A stretch of 64,000 nucleotides of DNA from a virus (IMGVR_UViG_2799112330_000002:282107-346106); one strand, 5' to 3'; shown: positions 28,059 to 39,752, counted from the first letter of the stretch. The notes: generated by a model not told the origin, from the sequence alone. A program made the numbers and translations.

Positions 28059-30689
28059 ATGTCAGATTTAGGAAATGTAAAGAAAATGTTTGGTCAAGAA
28101 CTTAATATAAGTGTTACAAATGCTGATGCTAATGTTATAGCTAGTACACCAAGACTTGTGCCTAATACTATTATTATAAGTTCACCGCAAAATGCTAATG
28201 AAAAAAAGGATATTATAGAAAACAATATTCATCAAGCCAGTCTATTTGCTACAGACTATAATGGTGTTCCTGTACAAATAACTCATGTAGTAAAAGTTGG
28301 TAATGGACTATATATGGATGAATCAAGAGCTATAGCATTAGGTATAGACAATCATACATTAGTTACAGATAGTAGTTCAAATAGATTATGTGTACAAACT
28401 ACTGAGCTTGAAAAGGCTTCATCAGTATCTCTTGGTGTAGTGAAGACTGCAAATACATGTCAAAGATCAGAAAGTTCATTTCCTAAGTTAGCTAATATGA
28501 CAGGAATATCGGTAAATGCAAATGGTGAGTTATTCATAACTGATCAATTACTACAACTTATATATAACTATATTAATGATTCTATTAATACGGCAATTGC
28601 TCCATTATTAGAAGTTAAGTCTGATATTCGTCTTATTGATAATTATGGACTTTATTATTATCCTTCTACAATTTCTACTGTAAGTATACAACTTGTTGGA
28701 TTAGCGTTAAATGAGGAAAATAATGAAATTGGTATATTTAATGAGATACAATTTACATCAACACAAGAAAATCCATTAATCGTTAATTTTATTATTGGAG
28801 ATGATGGTGAATATTGTATAAAGCAAAAGACAATTGAAGTTATTTCTAATGCATCTGATAGTATTATTAAAGCTGGTGTCTTAATGTATAATCATAAAGC
28901 AGAAAATATTTTCTTCAGTTTTTATCCGAATTTAACAACTCATGACATAGATTATCAAATAATATGTAATATAAGAAATAATGAAGGAGAAATAATTGTT
29001 GAAGATACTATGTTTAAGTTTAGTCAACAATTTATTTCAAGTAATAAGAATGAATTGTTTACAGTTACATCTATTGTGATTGATGATGATACAGAAAATT
29101 CATCTAAAACAAAAATAACAAGTATTCAATATAATATCAATTCAATAATTAGAAATTATATTTTAAATGATGTTATTGCAAGTTTAACATTAAAATTATC
29201 ATATAAGATTAATAATGCTGTTATAGATATACCATTAGAAATTACTAAAGATAATATTAATACTAGTATATTATCAGGAGAAAATCTTAATTTAGTAAAT
29301 AATTTAAGCGGTTTATCAAATAATACAGAAGTTTCATGGAGTATTACAGCTAATTTTAATATGAATATAGGTACAGACAATAATGATACATATGAATTTA
29401 ACAATGGATTAATTAACGTATATAAAAATACATATCATGTTACATATATATTATATTATGTATTAAATGATACTACAATAGCATTAAATAATGAAACAAC
29501 ACAGTCAAGAATAAATTATGAACAAAATAACAATATTGTTGATGATGATTCTCAAAGACATTACATATTACAATTACAATTTTCAAACAGTCAAGAATAT
29601 AATCTAATATATAATGATAGAGAAGTTTTGAATATTGAATTATATATGGATAATGAAGATGGTGAAAATTATTATATATTGTCTGATGATGGTACATGGC
29701 CTAATCAAGATGATTATGTTTATTATAGGATAATTCCTGAAATAAGTTTAGGAGATGGAACATCTGGTTTAGAATGGGATAATATTAACTATACATTAAG
29801 TATTCATATTTATGATTATCTATTGCATAAATTTAAGTTTAAGATGTATAAGAATATTAATGCTCCAATATTACAATCAGCATTTATATCAAATCTTAAT
29901 ACTGCATTATATAATAGTATAAGTGTATCTTCTCGAAGATATAGTAATATGAAAATAAAATATAATACATTTAAAACGAATGATAGTAATGAATATATAA
30001 TAAGAATTAATGAACAATTATTTAATAATCTAATAATAGCAGATAGAACAGATTTAAGTAATCATTATACACCATTTATTGAAAATGCTGGAGAAGATGA
30101 AAGTTATATAACAATTAATAATGTATTAAATAATGTAAACTTAATAATTGATAATCCTACAAACTTACAATACTATTATTATTTTTATGATGGTGAGGCA
30201 GGAATATATTGTATAACACCCTTATATAACAACACATCTGGAAACGGTATAAATTTATATGATCAAAGTAAAGTATCATTAAATGAACATCAAATTAAGT
30301 ATAAAACTAGTACAGAAATACAAATAATAAATGAATCATCAATTGGAACTATATATACAATACCAGCTAATCATGCAACAATTCAAAATAAATTAAATAT
30401 ACCTGCTATTATTAATGCAGCATTCAATGTTGTTGAATCAAATGGTGTACCTAATATAAACATTAATACATATTTGTTATTAAATAAATATAATGAACAT
30501 ATTGATGATTTAATTCAACATATTATGATATATGAATCATCTGATGATTCAAATAATTATTTTATACGATTTGACAATATAAATGCATTAATGCCAAATA
30601 ACTTTATAATTGAAAATAACCAAGTTGATGCATCAAATATTAAAATGTTTATGTTTTCAAAAACAGATAATAATTATATAAATAGTTAA
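28059..30689 (+). CDS. virion/tail-fibre-like protein
   Basis: 876 aa; VKVGNGLY...LGIDNHTL and ASSVSLGVVK shaft-like repeats. Confidence 0.6.
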   Translation: MSDLGNVKKMFGQELNISVTNADANVIASTPRLVPNTIIISSPQNANEKKDIIENNIHQASLFATDYNGVPVQITHVVKVGNGLYMDESRAIALGIDNHTLVTDSSSNRLCVQTTELEKASSVSLGVVKTANTCQRSESSFPKLANMTGISVNANGELFITDQLLQLIYNYINDSINTAIAPLLEVKSDIRLIDNYGLYYYPSTISTVSIQLVGLALNEENNEIGIFNEIQFTSTQENPLIVNFIIGDDGEYCIKQKTIEVISNASDSIIKAGVLMYNHKAENIFFSFYPNLTTHDIDYQIICNIRNNEGEIIVEDTMFKFSQQFISSNKNELFTVTSIVIDDDTENSSKTKITSIQYNINSIIRNYILNDVIASLTLKLSYKINNAVIDIPLEITKDNINTSILSGENLNLVNNLSGLSNNTEVSWSITANFNMNIGTDNNDTYEFNNGLINVYKNTYHVTYILYYVLNDTTIALNNETTQSRINYEQNNNIVDDDSQRHYILQLQFSNSQEYNLIYNDREVLNIELYMDNEDGENYYILSDDGTWPNQDDYVYYRIIPEISLGDGTSGLEWDNINYTLSIHIYDYLLHKFKFKMYKNINAPILQSAFISNLNTALYNSISVSSRRYSNMKIKYNTFKTNDSNEYIIRINEQLFNNLIIADRTDLSNHYTPFIENAGEDESYITINNVLNNVNLIIDNPTNLQYYYYFYDGEAGIYCITPLYNNTSGNGINLYDQSKVSLNEHQIKYKTSTEIQIINESSIGTIYTIPANHATIQNKLNIPAIINAAFNVVESNGVPNININTYLLLNKYNEHIDDLIQHIMIYESSDDSNNYFIRFDNINALMPNNFIIENNQVDASNIKMFMFSKTDNNYINS

Positions 30690-30700
30690 CAACAAAATAA

Positions 30701-30726
30701 AAAGGAGGATCTTAAGATCCTCCTTT
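30701..30726. terminator. bidirectional intrinsic terminator
   Basis: perfect palindrome AAAGGAGGATCTT|AAGATCCTCCTTT between convergent operons. Confidence 0.9.
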
Positions 30727-30733
30727 ATTTTGT

Positions 30734-32317
30734 TTAATATCTTGTAGCAGTTTTAGAATAACGTTTGCCCCATTTGAAATAATTTATTATATTCTCGGCA
30801 TCTCTCTTTGCTGTTCTTGGTGTAATAAGATTTGGATCTCCAATATTGCCTAAATAGTATTTGTTGTTAAGACCAATCATACTATCTTTTATAGTATTTT
30901 CAGAGAAATCTACAAGTGACTTATATACATTATCATTATTCGCATTAAAGAATATGTTATATGTATTGTTCTTTATAGCATCTATTCTCTTTGAATGAAG
31001 TTTGAATACTTCACTATTTACAACTGCTCTATTTTTACGTTTATATTCTGTTAAGAAACTATCTGTAAGAATTGATCTGTCTCGTTTTACAATATCTGCT
31101 AAGCCGTCCAATGCATCTGCTTCTATACCAGTTGTTCCAAAGAATATTTTCTGCCATTCATTGTAAGTGTGCTTATAGACATTGTCATAAGTTATCTTTA
31201 TAGTATTGTTTCCAGCGTTAAAGAATTCAGAATTATTTATGTTGTTTTGATAATAATTCTCTAATGATTCATTTACTTGTATCTCACAGTTCTTCAATGT
31301 AAATAATTGGAATGACATCATATCAGGATTTTCTACACTAATATTCTTATAGTTGAATGAAGAAGTGTCAGCATCTCCCAAGAATGTTGATATAGTATTG
31401 AGTCCCTTTGATATTCTGTTCATGTTTTCATCAATAATGTCCACACCACTTGCTCCATATTGTAATGGATTGAACATATTATATAGAGAGGATGCTGATG
31501 ATGTCATTGCTGTCTGAAAGTATTTGATAGGAACATTCATTATTAGTATTGACATATCAAATTTTCTAAGATTTTCTGGTATTACTTCTTTTTTGTTTAT
31601 CTCATCAAAGCAAGCATATCTATACATTTCTAATAATGTGTTAAGTCTCATATCAATAGCTTCGGTATCACATCCAATAGATATTGATTTTTCTTTGGTA
31701 AATTCATTCATTACCATTGAATTAAGCTTGTTGACATTTGTAATTGATTTAAAGAACCATGGGCATACACAATTTATATATGACAATGTCTTTGTAAATC
31801 TTATCAATGCAAGTGCTCTATCAGGTATGTTTTCCATTTCATACACATTTCGAATACCATATAGATATCTCATTGCACTTGTTACTGGAATAGTATTGTC
31901 ATTATTTATTATACCAGCAAAAAGTTTAGAATCATTAAAATGAAAAAATATCTTAAAATAAAACCAACCTGGCTCACCTGTCATATTATGAGACCCCTTT
32001 TGCCATATAGCTCTTTCATTAATGAAGTCTTGCATTCCATAATTAGGAAGATAGATATTCAAATAACTTAAGCTATCTTCATAATAGTTACTTTGTGGAA
32101 TCTCATTTGGATTATTTGTTATCTGTGAATTATCATATGGGTTACTTTTGATATTAGGACTATAGGGGCCATATATACGAGAAGAATCACCAACATTTTG
32201 ATATTTTACTGTACTATCCTTTTTGCCATCATTTTCTACAGTAAAGTCGGATGACCATTGCTCCACATATCCGTAATCCGTTTCCTTTTTAGGTTGATTA
32301 TCATTCTTTGTTGACAT
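30734..32317 (-). CDS. putative structural (tail/baseplate-region) protein
   Basis: 527 aa; context only, family not recognised with certainty. Confidence 0.5.
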   Translation of the reverse strand: MSTKNDNQPKKETDYGYVEQWSSDFTVENDGKKDSTVKYQNVGDSSRIYGPYSPNIKSNPYDNSQITNNPNEIPQSNYYEDSLSYLNIYLPNYGMQDFINERAIWQKGSHNMTGEPGWFYFKIFFHFNDSKLFAGIINNDNTIPVTSAMRYLYGIRNVYEMENIPDRALALIRFTKTLSYINCVCPWFFKSITNVNKLNSMVMNEFTKEKSISIGCDTEAIDMRLNTLLEMYRYACFDEINKKEVIPENLRKFDMSILIMNVPIKYFQTAMTSSASSLYNMFNPLQYGASGVDIIDENMNRISKGLNTISTFLGDADTSSFNYKNISVENPDMMSFQLFTLKNCEIQVNESLENYYQNNINNSEFFNAGNNTIKITYDNVYKHTYNEWQKIFFGTTGIEADALDGLADIVKRDRSILTDSFLTEYKRKNRAVVNSEVFKLHSKRIDAIKNNTYNIFFNANNDNVYKSLVDFSENTIKDSMIGLNNKYYLGNIGDPNLITPRTAKRDAENIINYFKWGKRYSKTATRY

Positions 32318-32777
32318 TATTTAACTGAGCTAAAAATGTATTTTTCAATTGGTCTATATTTACCTCTTTATCAAACTTGTCAAAACTAATATAGAATCTT
32401 TTGTTTGTCAATTTGTTCTTAAAATATATTCTTCCTTTTATGTAATCAGTATAGTCATATTCAGAATATTTTCTGTCATCTTCATCTAATAATATATCAT
32501 CATATTCTTTAATGACATTAGTATTTGAATAGTTTGTATTCCAGTAATTTGTAAGATCAACATTAAATTTTTTGAAAGGTTTTGCCTTTGATAATAATAA
32601 AGTTGATGAAGGTTTCAAATAATCATCATTGTCTTTCAAATCAATTATTGTATATGATAACAAATTGATATTTTTAGTAGTCGCATAATTTCTTACAGCA
32701 CTATTGAATAATTCTGCATGTATTTTTGTTTGCTTATCATTTACGATATCATCTATTGTTAATAATTCATCTATCAT
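32301..32777 (-). CDS. hypothetical protein
   Basis: overlapping coupling with both neighbours. Confidence 0.65.
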   Translation of the reverse strand: MIDELLTIDDIVNDKQTKIHAELFNSAVRNYATTKNINLLSYTIIDLKDNDDYLKPSSTLLLSKAKPFKKFNVDLTNYWNTNYSNTNVIKEYDDILLDEDDRKYSEYDYTDYIKGRIYFKNKLTNKRFYISFDKFDKEVNIDQLKNTFLAQLNNVNKE

Positions 32778-34420
32778 ATTACCTTTTCTGTACTATTTAA
32801 TTTACTATTTGGATTAAGCTGTATTTCTTCAAGATTGATCAGATATAAATATTGATTAATTTTTCTTTCTTCTGACTTATATTCATATTCTGTTGCATCT
32901 ATATAATATCTTGCCGTTGTAAATGGATTAAGTTTTCCTGTTGCGCTATCATTATATTCTCTATTTGGAGTAATTTGTCGTATTACTTCTGAATGATGTT
33001 CTGTAAATACAACATTAACAATAATACCACGTTGTAACCCAAGATTTACCCTTTGCATCTTTACTTTAAGAATTCTTGTACGAATCTTGTCAAAGAATTT
33101 CTTTATATAATATTTTTGAACAGGTATTGGAAGTCCACAAGGAACAAATGTATGATCTGGTTGTGGGGGTGGATTAGGAACAGTACATTCTGAATTAAGT
33201 ATATTGAATCCCAAGAAATTCTGTCTATTGAATGTTATTTTACTAGCAGATGCCTTGTCTTGTTGTACTTCAGATTCAATATCAATATTCATATTGTCTA
33301 TTGTTGGAGTATTGTCCTCAAATCCAGATAACATACAATCTTGTGTAGTTGTTCCCTCAAGATATATATCATTATTATTTGTGATAAACTCATATTCATC
33401 AAATAATAAGTTATGATCTGCATCATTCATCTTTGTATTACTTATTGTACGTTGCATATATACAGGGAACATTTCCACAGGATTATCCATGTTTGATCTT
33501 ATACCAGCAAATCCCCATATAGCAAGATCACCTTGCTTCAATAAGTTACTCCTTACTACTGAAAACAGATATGTTATATCTATACAATTAAGATATCCAA
33601 ATACATCTACCCAGGCATCAAATATATGAGTTGGATCACCAGCATAAGATAGTGTTTCTCTCATAAAACTATGCAATGTCTGATGCTTTACTATTCTCCA
33701 TCTAAGATCTGATATATAATGTGGTCTATCTTGTGGTGGATCATATTCTATTCTTTTTCTTCCATAAGAAGTATATGCAAATCCAAGATTACATTTTCTT
33801 GCAATATGTATCATTGTATCAAGCGTACAAATAGGATGACTAGCCACTACTTGATCTTTATATGACCACCCAAATGGTGATTGGGCAAAAAACATATGTG
33901 TCTCTTCATTAAAGTTTGGTACTCTATATATACCATCAAATCTTACATAATCATCAAATTCTTGTATTGCATTAATATAGAATATGAAATTTGTCTTCTT
34001 ATGATAGCCTTCTAGAATATCCGTCATTACTACAACTATGTCATTATCCCAACTTGGTCCATTTATTTTACGAATGGCTCTTGTATGATCATAGATGACT
34101 AATGCTATTGTTGGCAATATATCATCTGTCTCAATCTTCATATAGTTAATTTGCTCTTCAGGAATGACAGAACCATTTATTCTTATTACTGGTACATTTA
34201 TACCCTCATTCTTTACTGTACTAACATCACTATCTGGAGAAATATTACCTCCTGCGGTTGTCTCACTTTCTTTCATCCATATATTTCCTTGAAAACCAGG
34301 ATCAAATAATACTCTTGGATCTGTCCAATTTATATAATATGGGGGAGCATACGGAGGAGTTATGACTTCTTCTCTTATCTTTTCATCAATATATTCTACA
34401 TATCTAGTAATGTCTTCCAT
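32774..34420 (-). CDS. putative baseplate hub protein (gp27/GpD-like)
   Basis: lies next to the gp53-like gene; C-terminal NLGLQRG..VNV...YYIDATEYEY pattern. Confidence 0.5.
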   Translation of the reverse strand: MEDITRYVEYIDEKIREEVITPPYAPPYYINWTDPRVLFDPGFQGNIWMKESETTAGGNISPDSDVSTVKNEGINVPVIRINGSVIPEEQINYMKIETDDILPTIALVIYDHTRAIRKINGPSWDNDIVVVMTDILEGYHKKTNFIFYINAIQEFDDYVRFDGIYRVPNFNEETHMFFAQSPFGWSYKDQVVASHPICTLDTMIHIARKCNLGFAYTSYGRKRIEYDPPQDRPHYISDLRWRIVKHQTLHSFMRETLSYAGDPTHIFDAWVDVFGYLNCIDITYLFSVVRSNLLKQGDLAIWGFAGIRSNMDNPVEMFPVYMQRTISNTKMNDADHNLLFDEYEFITNNNDIYLEGTTTQDCMLSGFEDNTPTIDNMNIDIESEVQQDKASASKITFNRQNFLGFNILNSECTVPNPPPQPDHTFVPCGLPIPVQKYYIKKFFDKIRTRILKVKMQRVNLGLQRGIIVNVVFTEHHSEVIRQITPNREYNDSATGKLNPFTTARYYIDATEYEYKSEERKINQYLYLINLEEIQLNPNSKLNSTEKVI

Positions 34421-34434
34421 TAGTAAAAATCAAA

Positions 34435-34896
34435 TTAATAAATCACTATTCCTAATGACTTATCAACAATATAATTATAGTCTCCAATAATTTGTTCGGA
34501 TGGAGAACGAGGAGCACTTTTAGCTTTTTGGGCACCTACCTTATTTAAAATAGAAATATTGTCATCATTTTTTAATAGTTCTGTCCTGTTTTGAGAATTC
34601 TCTGTCACTAATATATTATATATACTTTCTTGATCAGGAATGAACAAAACCATATCTTCATTAAGTTCAAATGGATTAGATATACCATTTATCTTACATA
34701 TGATATCTGCAAACTTGTCATCCCCATATATAGCTAGTGAAATGAGATCTGGACGAGCTACATAATATTCATTGACTCTTAGAAATTGTCCTGAATATTC
34801 TTTACTTAAATCTAATGTTTTATCTAGCAAATCAATTGCATTTTCTGTTCCTAATTTTATAATAGGCTTATTGTTTAATATTAAATAATCTAACAT
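34435..34896 (-). CDS. baseplate wedge subunit (T4 gp53-like, LysM-like)
   Basis: RPDLISLAIYG....ADIICKINGISNPFELNED.VLFIP. Confidence 0.75.
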   Translation of the reverse strand: MLDYLILNNKPIIKLGTENAIDLLDKTLDLSKEYSGQFLRVNEYYVARPDLISLAIYGDDKFADIICKINGISNPFELNEDMVLFIPDQESIYNILVTENSQNRTELLKNDDNISILNKVGAQKAKSAPRSPSEQIIGDYNYIVDKSLGIVIY

Positions 34897-34900
34897 AGTC

Positions 34901-37900
34901 TTATCCTCCTATTTCTGCAGTTGATTGATTATTTATTTCATTGCTAATTTCATAGCCAGCAGTTTCATTACATATTCTATTCTCTATAAATAACTTGACT
35001 TGATGATAATATCTCGATTCATTAGTTGGATATCTGGAAACATCTTGATATATATTATACAAATCATTAAGTTCTATAATATTATCATTATTGTCTTTAA
35101 TGATTTCATAATATTGGCCTTGATAATTACTATTTGATGTGTCTATATCTTTATATTCAAACAATTCATAATCTTCAAAATCTGAATAATCATAATTAGC
35201 GTTAGGATTATTTTGATTAGCATCATTAAGCTTAGTGCTGAGGTATGGATAATCCATTAATCTAGTACCAGAATTTTCATTTGTCTTAATTTGTCTAGAC
35301 AATATTTTAGGACTAAATGAGAATGATGAATGACCTAAAGCAATATTAAAATATTTGAAATTACCATTTAATTCTGATATTGTATAATTTATTGTTTCAA
35401 ATCCTTGTGTATAATTTATATCAAATAAATTCTTAATGACTTTCTTTATCTTTTCTCTACTTTCTCCACTATTCATTGTTATTAAAGATAAAATATAATC
35501 CATATTTAACTTAAATATAGCATTATCATATTGGTTCAAGAACAAACCAGCATCTGTATAGTCATTAAGATTTCTTACAAGTTGTCCAGATCCTTGTGCT
35601 AATTTGATCTTATTAACATTATACATTTTTTGATTACTACCATCTAATAAGTTATTATCATTCATATTTACATGAGATAACATATATCCTCCCATATTGA
35701 CATTTGATGAATCGGTTCCGTTTACAACAATGCTGTTAATAAGGTTTTTGTTAGTCTCATAATTACTTATATTAGTATATTGATACATTTTGTGCTCTGC
35801 ATCATACCATGGCATACATCCTATCGGTATATTCAAAGTATTTTTATTGATCTTTATTAAATCGGATAAGAAATAATAATTGTCATAGTCTAAATATAAT
35901 ATATTACCTTGTATTGAACTTGTTATTGTAAGTGTTGAAGAAGGTTCTATACCATCATTAATAATATATGATGATTTCAAAATCTTAAATTTTAATGATG
36001 CATCATTAGATTCATAGAAATAAGGAGGAGTAATACTATTATAATTTTCTCTTAACTTAAGATGTAATGTTACATTATTATAATGATTAGGATTTAACTC
36101 TTGTTCTTGCTCATCCCAACAAGTAATAAAATTATGATAATCAGTTTGTTCATTTAAAATACCTGTAGTATCTGAAGAATCAAATGTAAATTGGTAATAT
36201 GCATTTGTAGTTTGTCCAGAAGAATAATTTATATTAACATCTGGATTAAACGTTGATTGATTTAAGTATAAATATGAAATTGGAATATATGCTGTAATTT
36301 TATCTGATCCTGATAATCCTTTATAATATTCTGCTTCAATTGTGTTGAATTCATAAGATGATTTGACTAGATCAAAGCAAGAAGTATGTATTATGTTTGA
36401 GGATGTAGAGAACCAATTTCCAGCATCTGTTCCATAATACTTTTGTATTTCTCCATTTTGACTATAACTTACGTATTTATTATTTTCAACTTTGATATCT
36501 AAGAAATATGTTAAGTTTGTTTGATTAGTTTCATCTATGTTTTGAGTAACATTAGCATATGAATCATATATTATTTTATCATAGAATTGTTCATTATTTT
36601 GAGTACCTCTTAATTGGAGGTCTTTATTATTTCGATTATTAATTTGATTTGATAAACTATCTTCAGTACCAGGTTGTATATAATATGGAGTATAATAGTA
36701 ATATGATCCCTTTGTACATGGTGTGTAATTATATGAAAGATTATTGATATTGAATATATAATATGCTTGAACATTATCGATTAATGCATATCCAAGATAA
36801 GTATTTTTTGGTAATGATTTTTGTACATAATTATGTCCCAATAGACTAATACATCTATAACTATCATTATAGAACATATACAAAGGTTTTCCATTATCTT
36901 TTGTATTTGAATATGAATATTCATCAGTTGTGTATGTTAGTATGCCATTAAACACACTATCCCCATAAATTACTTTTGGAAGATCAACAAATTTGCCATC
37001 ATTATGAAATTTAAATTCATTAATATATATGTCTTTTAATGGCATTGTTTTATTTATACTATTTTCAATAACTTGTTCCCAATAGTTATGGTTAGTATTA
37101 TATAATAATAATTTCTTTGTATTTTCTTCTGATAATTTATTCAATTGCTCATAATTGACATCATTTGATATAAAATTAATAGTAGGACTATATATCTTAT
37201 TAATGTTAAATGGTATTTTTACTGAGCATTCTTTTACTTTTGAGGTTTCTTTTATTTTGAGCTCCACATCAAATTTTACTTGTTCAATACCATCTGGTAA
37301 ATTATATGTAAATTGTAAATAACTATATTGATTAGTACCATCATTTTTCTCAATTTTCTGAATAGCATTTTGTAGTGATTGAGCTATTTCAATGTTGTTA
37401 TTGTTAAGTAATGAATTACTTGTGACAACATATGATAAACTATATGGATTTTGTATTTTATGATATAATATCTTAAATGCATTTTTATTTATGTCATGAA
37501 AAATATTATTGTCTTCAATAGTATCAAAATCAGTTCGTGTAGTTGGATCAAAATTACGTTTATGATTATCAGAACTTGATGAGCCAAGAATAATTTGATT
37601 AGTATTATATTTGAAATATTCTCCAGTAGGATTGATTCCGGCGCCACCCTCAAATACCATGACATCTTCATATTCATCATTTAATTTTATGTTAGAATTA
37701 GTATCTATATATGTAGCAGTATAGTTTATCTTAACTTGTTTTGAAGCAGGTACATTATATCTTCCTTGTGTTGATCCTGAATAATTACTATATAATATAT
37801 TATTACTTTCAGTTATATCTTTTACTTTAGTTATATCGTTATTGTCAACAGAAACATTTGAAATAGTAATATTGTTTTCTCTTTTGTAATAATGTATATT

Positions 37901-39151
37901 AATATCTATTGATTTTTGTGGAATAGTTCCAATATCATTTCCAATTGTTGACAATTGTAATTTTGATATGAATTCATCTGCCAAAACATATAGGCATGGA
38001 TTTGGCGTTCCTGATAAGTTAATTCTATATTTATAATTAACATCCCCAGAATCATCAGTCAAATAATCTATTGAATTATTGATTATGCCTTCATATTCAT
38101 TATTAATAGATTCAATAAGTGCATTATCTGTTATAAAGATAATATGTTTTTTGTTATTGTTATCAAGATAGTATAAAGCATAATCATTATAATTATAATT
38201 ATTTTTTGCTTTTAAGAAATCTACATAAACCTGATGCATTTTTCTTGGATCATTCTTATCTCTACAAAATATTGAGGAATATCTTAATGTATGATTATTA
38301 ATATCAATAACATCATCTGGTTTCTTAATATTGTCTGCATTCAAAAAATTAGCAATATAACTTCCCGGATATAGTCTTATACTATCTTTTATTTTATTTC
38401 CATAAATAATGACTACAATACCACCTTCATTTGTCTTTGCTGATGATATACCATTTGAATATTCAATAGAAGGTGGATAAGCATTACCTGTTAATACATG
38501 ATTACTATATTGTTCAGGCATAAATAATGTAAATACTTCACCTTCTTTATATATTTCGGTTGCCATACCAAAATTTTCAATATTTAATAGTGTATAATAA
38601 GCATAAGGATCTAAATATGTTTTCTTTTCCTCTATAGTAAAAATTTTGTCATCTATCTTATTACCTAATGTATCAGAAGATAAAGCATCCTCAACAAAAT
38701 ATAAAAGTGCATCAGATTCTCCCTTATATTTTAGCTTATTGATTTCTGACCAAAGATCTTCACATGAACATAACAAATAATCTATGACATTAAACAGTTC
38801 ATATACATCATTTATGTAAATGGGAGTATCATCTCTCCATCTACGTTTCTTGTCAAAACTACCCCAGTTCTTTTCATTGACTGCAGAAAATTTCAAAAAA
38901 GCGTTTTCCCAATCAATATCTTTAGAAGATATTAGTTTATATATATGAGCGCCATTTACATTAGTAATTCTATCAGGAAATTCAATATAAGAAGTTGATA
39001 TATTACTTAATGCGTTTTCATCTTCACTACCAGCTCCATATAAATTTAGAACTTGTGTTTCTTTTGATGGAGCTGTTTCATTTTCTATAAATTGTTTACT
39101 GGGATAAAATATAGTATTAATCAAATTATAAGCTAAATATTCATTTGCCAT
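34901..39151 (-). CDS. large virion/tail-fibre-like protein
   Basis: 1416 aa, Asn/Tyr-rich; N-terminal DIDWENA module. Confidence 0.55.
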   Translation of the reverse strand: MANEYLAYNLINTIFYPSKQFIENETAPSKETQVLNLYGAGSEDENALSNISTSYIEFPDRITNVNGAHIYKLISSKDIDWENAFLKFSAVNEKNWGSFDKKRRWRDDTPIYINDVYELFNVIDYLLCSCEDLWSEINKLKYKGESDALLYFVEDALSSDTLGNKIDDKIFTIEEKKTYLDPYAYYTLLNIENFGMATEIYKEGEVFTLFMPEQYSNHVLTGNAYPPSIEYSNGISSAKTNEGGIVVIIYGNKIKDSIRLYPGSYIANFLNADNIKKPDDVIDINNHTLRYSSIFCRDKNDPRKMHQVYVDFLKAKNNYNYNDYALYYLDNNNKKHIIFITDNALIESINNEYEGIINNSIDYLTDDSGDVNYKYRINLSGTPNPCLYVLADEFISKLQLSTIGNDIGTIPQKSIDINIHYYKRENNITISNVSVDNNDITKVKDITESNNILYSNYSGSTQGRYNVPASKQVKINYTATYIDTNSNIKLNDEYEDVMVFEGGAGINPTGEYFKYNTNQIILGSSSSDNHKRNFDPTTRTDFDTIEDNNIFHDINKNAFKILYHKIQNPYSLSYVVTSNSLLNNNNIEIAQSLQNAIQKIEKNDGTNQYSYLQFTYNLPDGIEQVKFDVELKIKETSKVKECSVKIPFNINKIYSPTINFISNDVNYEQLNKLSEENTKKLLLYNTNHNYWEQVIENSINKTMPLKDIYINEFKFHNDGKFVDLPKVIYGDSVFNGILTYTTDEYSYSNTKDNGKPLYMFYNDSYRCISLLGHNYVQKSLPKNTYLGYALIDNVQAYYIFNINNLSYNYTPCTKGSYYYYTPYYIQPGTEDSLSNQINNRNNKDLQLRGTQNNEQFYDKIIYDSYANVTQNIDETNQTNLTYFLDIKVENNKYVSYSQNGEIQKYYGTDAGNWFSTSSNIIHTSCFDLVKSSYEFNTIEAEYYKGLSGSDKITAYIPISYLYLNQSTFNPDVNINYSSGQTTNAYYQFTFDSSDTTGILNEQTDYHNFITCWDEQEQELNPNHYNNVTLHLKLRENYNSITPPYFYESNDASLKFKILKSSYIINDGIEPSSTLTITSSIQGNILYLDYDNYYFLSDLIKINKNTLNIPIGCMPWYDAEHKMYQYTNISNYETNKNLINSIVVNGTDSSNVNMGGYMLSHVNMNDNNLLDGSNQKMYNVNKIKLAQGSGQLVRNLNDYTDAGLFLNQYDNAIFKLNMDYILSLITMNSGESREKIKKVIKNLFDINYTQGFETINYTISELNGNFKYFNIALGHSSFSFSPKILSRQIKTNENSGTRLMDYPYLSTKLNDANQNNPNANYDYSDFEDYELFEYKDIDTSNSNYQGQYYEIIKDNNDNIIELNDLYNIYQDVSRYPTNESRYYHQVKLFIENRICNETAGYEISNEINNQSTAEIGG

Positions 39152-39163
39152 TTCAAAAATATT

Positions 39164-39748
39164 TTATATATTTTGTTGTGTTTTGCTATTTATGATTTCG
39201 TTTTGAGTTGTTACAATATCCATTAATGCATGAAGCCTATTATATCTCTCAAATAGATAATCAAGTATATTCATTAGATCTTTAGATGATTTAATATATT
39301 GACTTGGTGTTTTCTTTTCTTCATTATCTGCTGCCCATGGTATATATTCTTCTTGTGCATTTGCTTGTATGATCTTTCCAGTATTATCCAACATATAATA
39401 AGAAAATGCCTGATTACTTTTTAATGATTCATCCAAATATTTCAAATATGCATTATCCCAATCAATGTCTTCACTAAATAAAATTTGATTATATGCATAA
39501 GGTTTATGTTTGTTCATTATAGAACTATTTATTGAAGAATGAGAACCGATTTCACCATTTGATCTATTTCTTGAAAACGTATGAACACCATTAAGTCCCA
39601 CAATTTTATCTGGAACTTGAAAAGCATTAAAATATATATGATTATTAAGATAGTTATCCTCTATATAATTATTGTTTGAATCATTTGGGATATCATCTTT
39701 ATATATTGATTTTATTGCTTCGATATTATATGAACTAATGTTTCCCAT
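39164..39748 (-). CDS. virion protein sharing the DIDW.NA module with 34901..39151
   Basis: NGVH...EDIDWDNAYLK...DLMNILDYLF. Confidence 0.6.
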   Translation of the reverse strand: MGNISSYNIEAIKSIYKDDIPNDSNNNYIEDNYLNNHIYFNAFQVPDKIVGLNGVHTFSRNRSNGEIGSHSSINSSIMNKHKPYAYNQILFSEDIDWDNAYLKYLDESLKSNQAFSYYMLDNTGKIIQANAQEEYIPWAADNEEKKTPSQYIKSSKDLMNILDYLFERYNRLHALMDIVTTQNEIINSKTQQNI

Positions 39749-39752
39749 ACTA

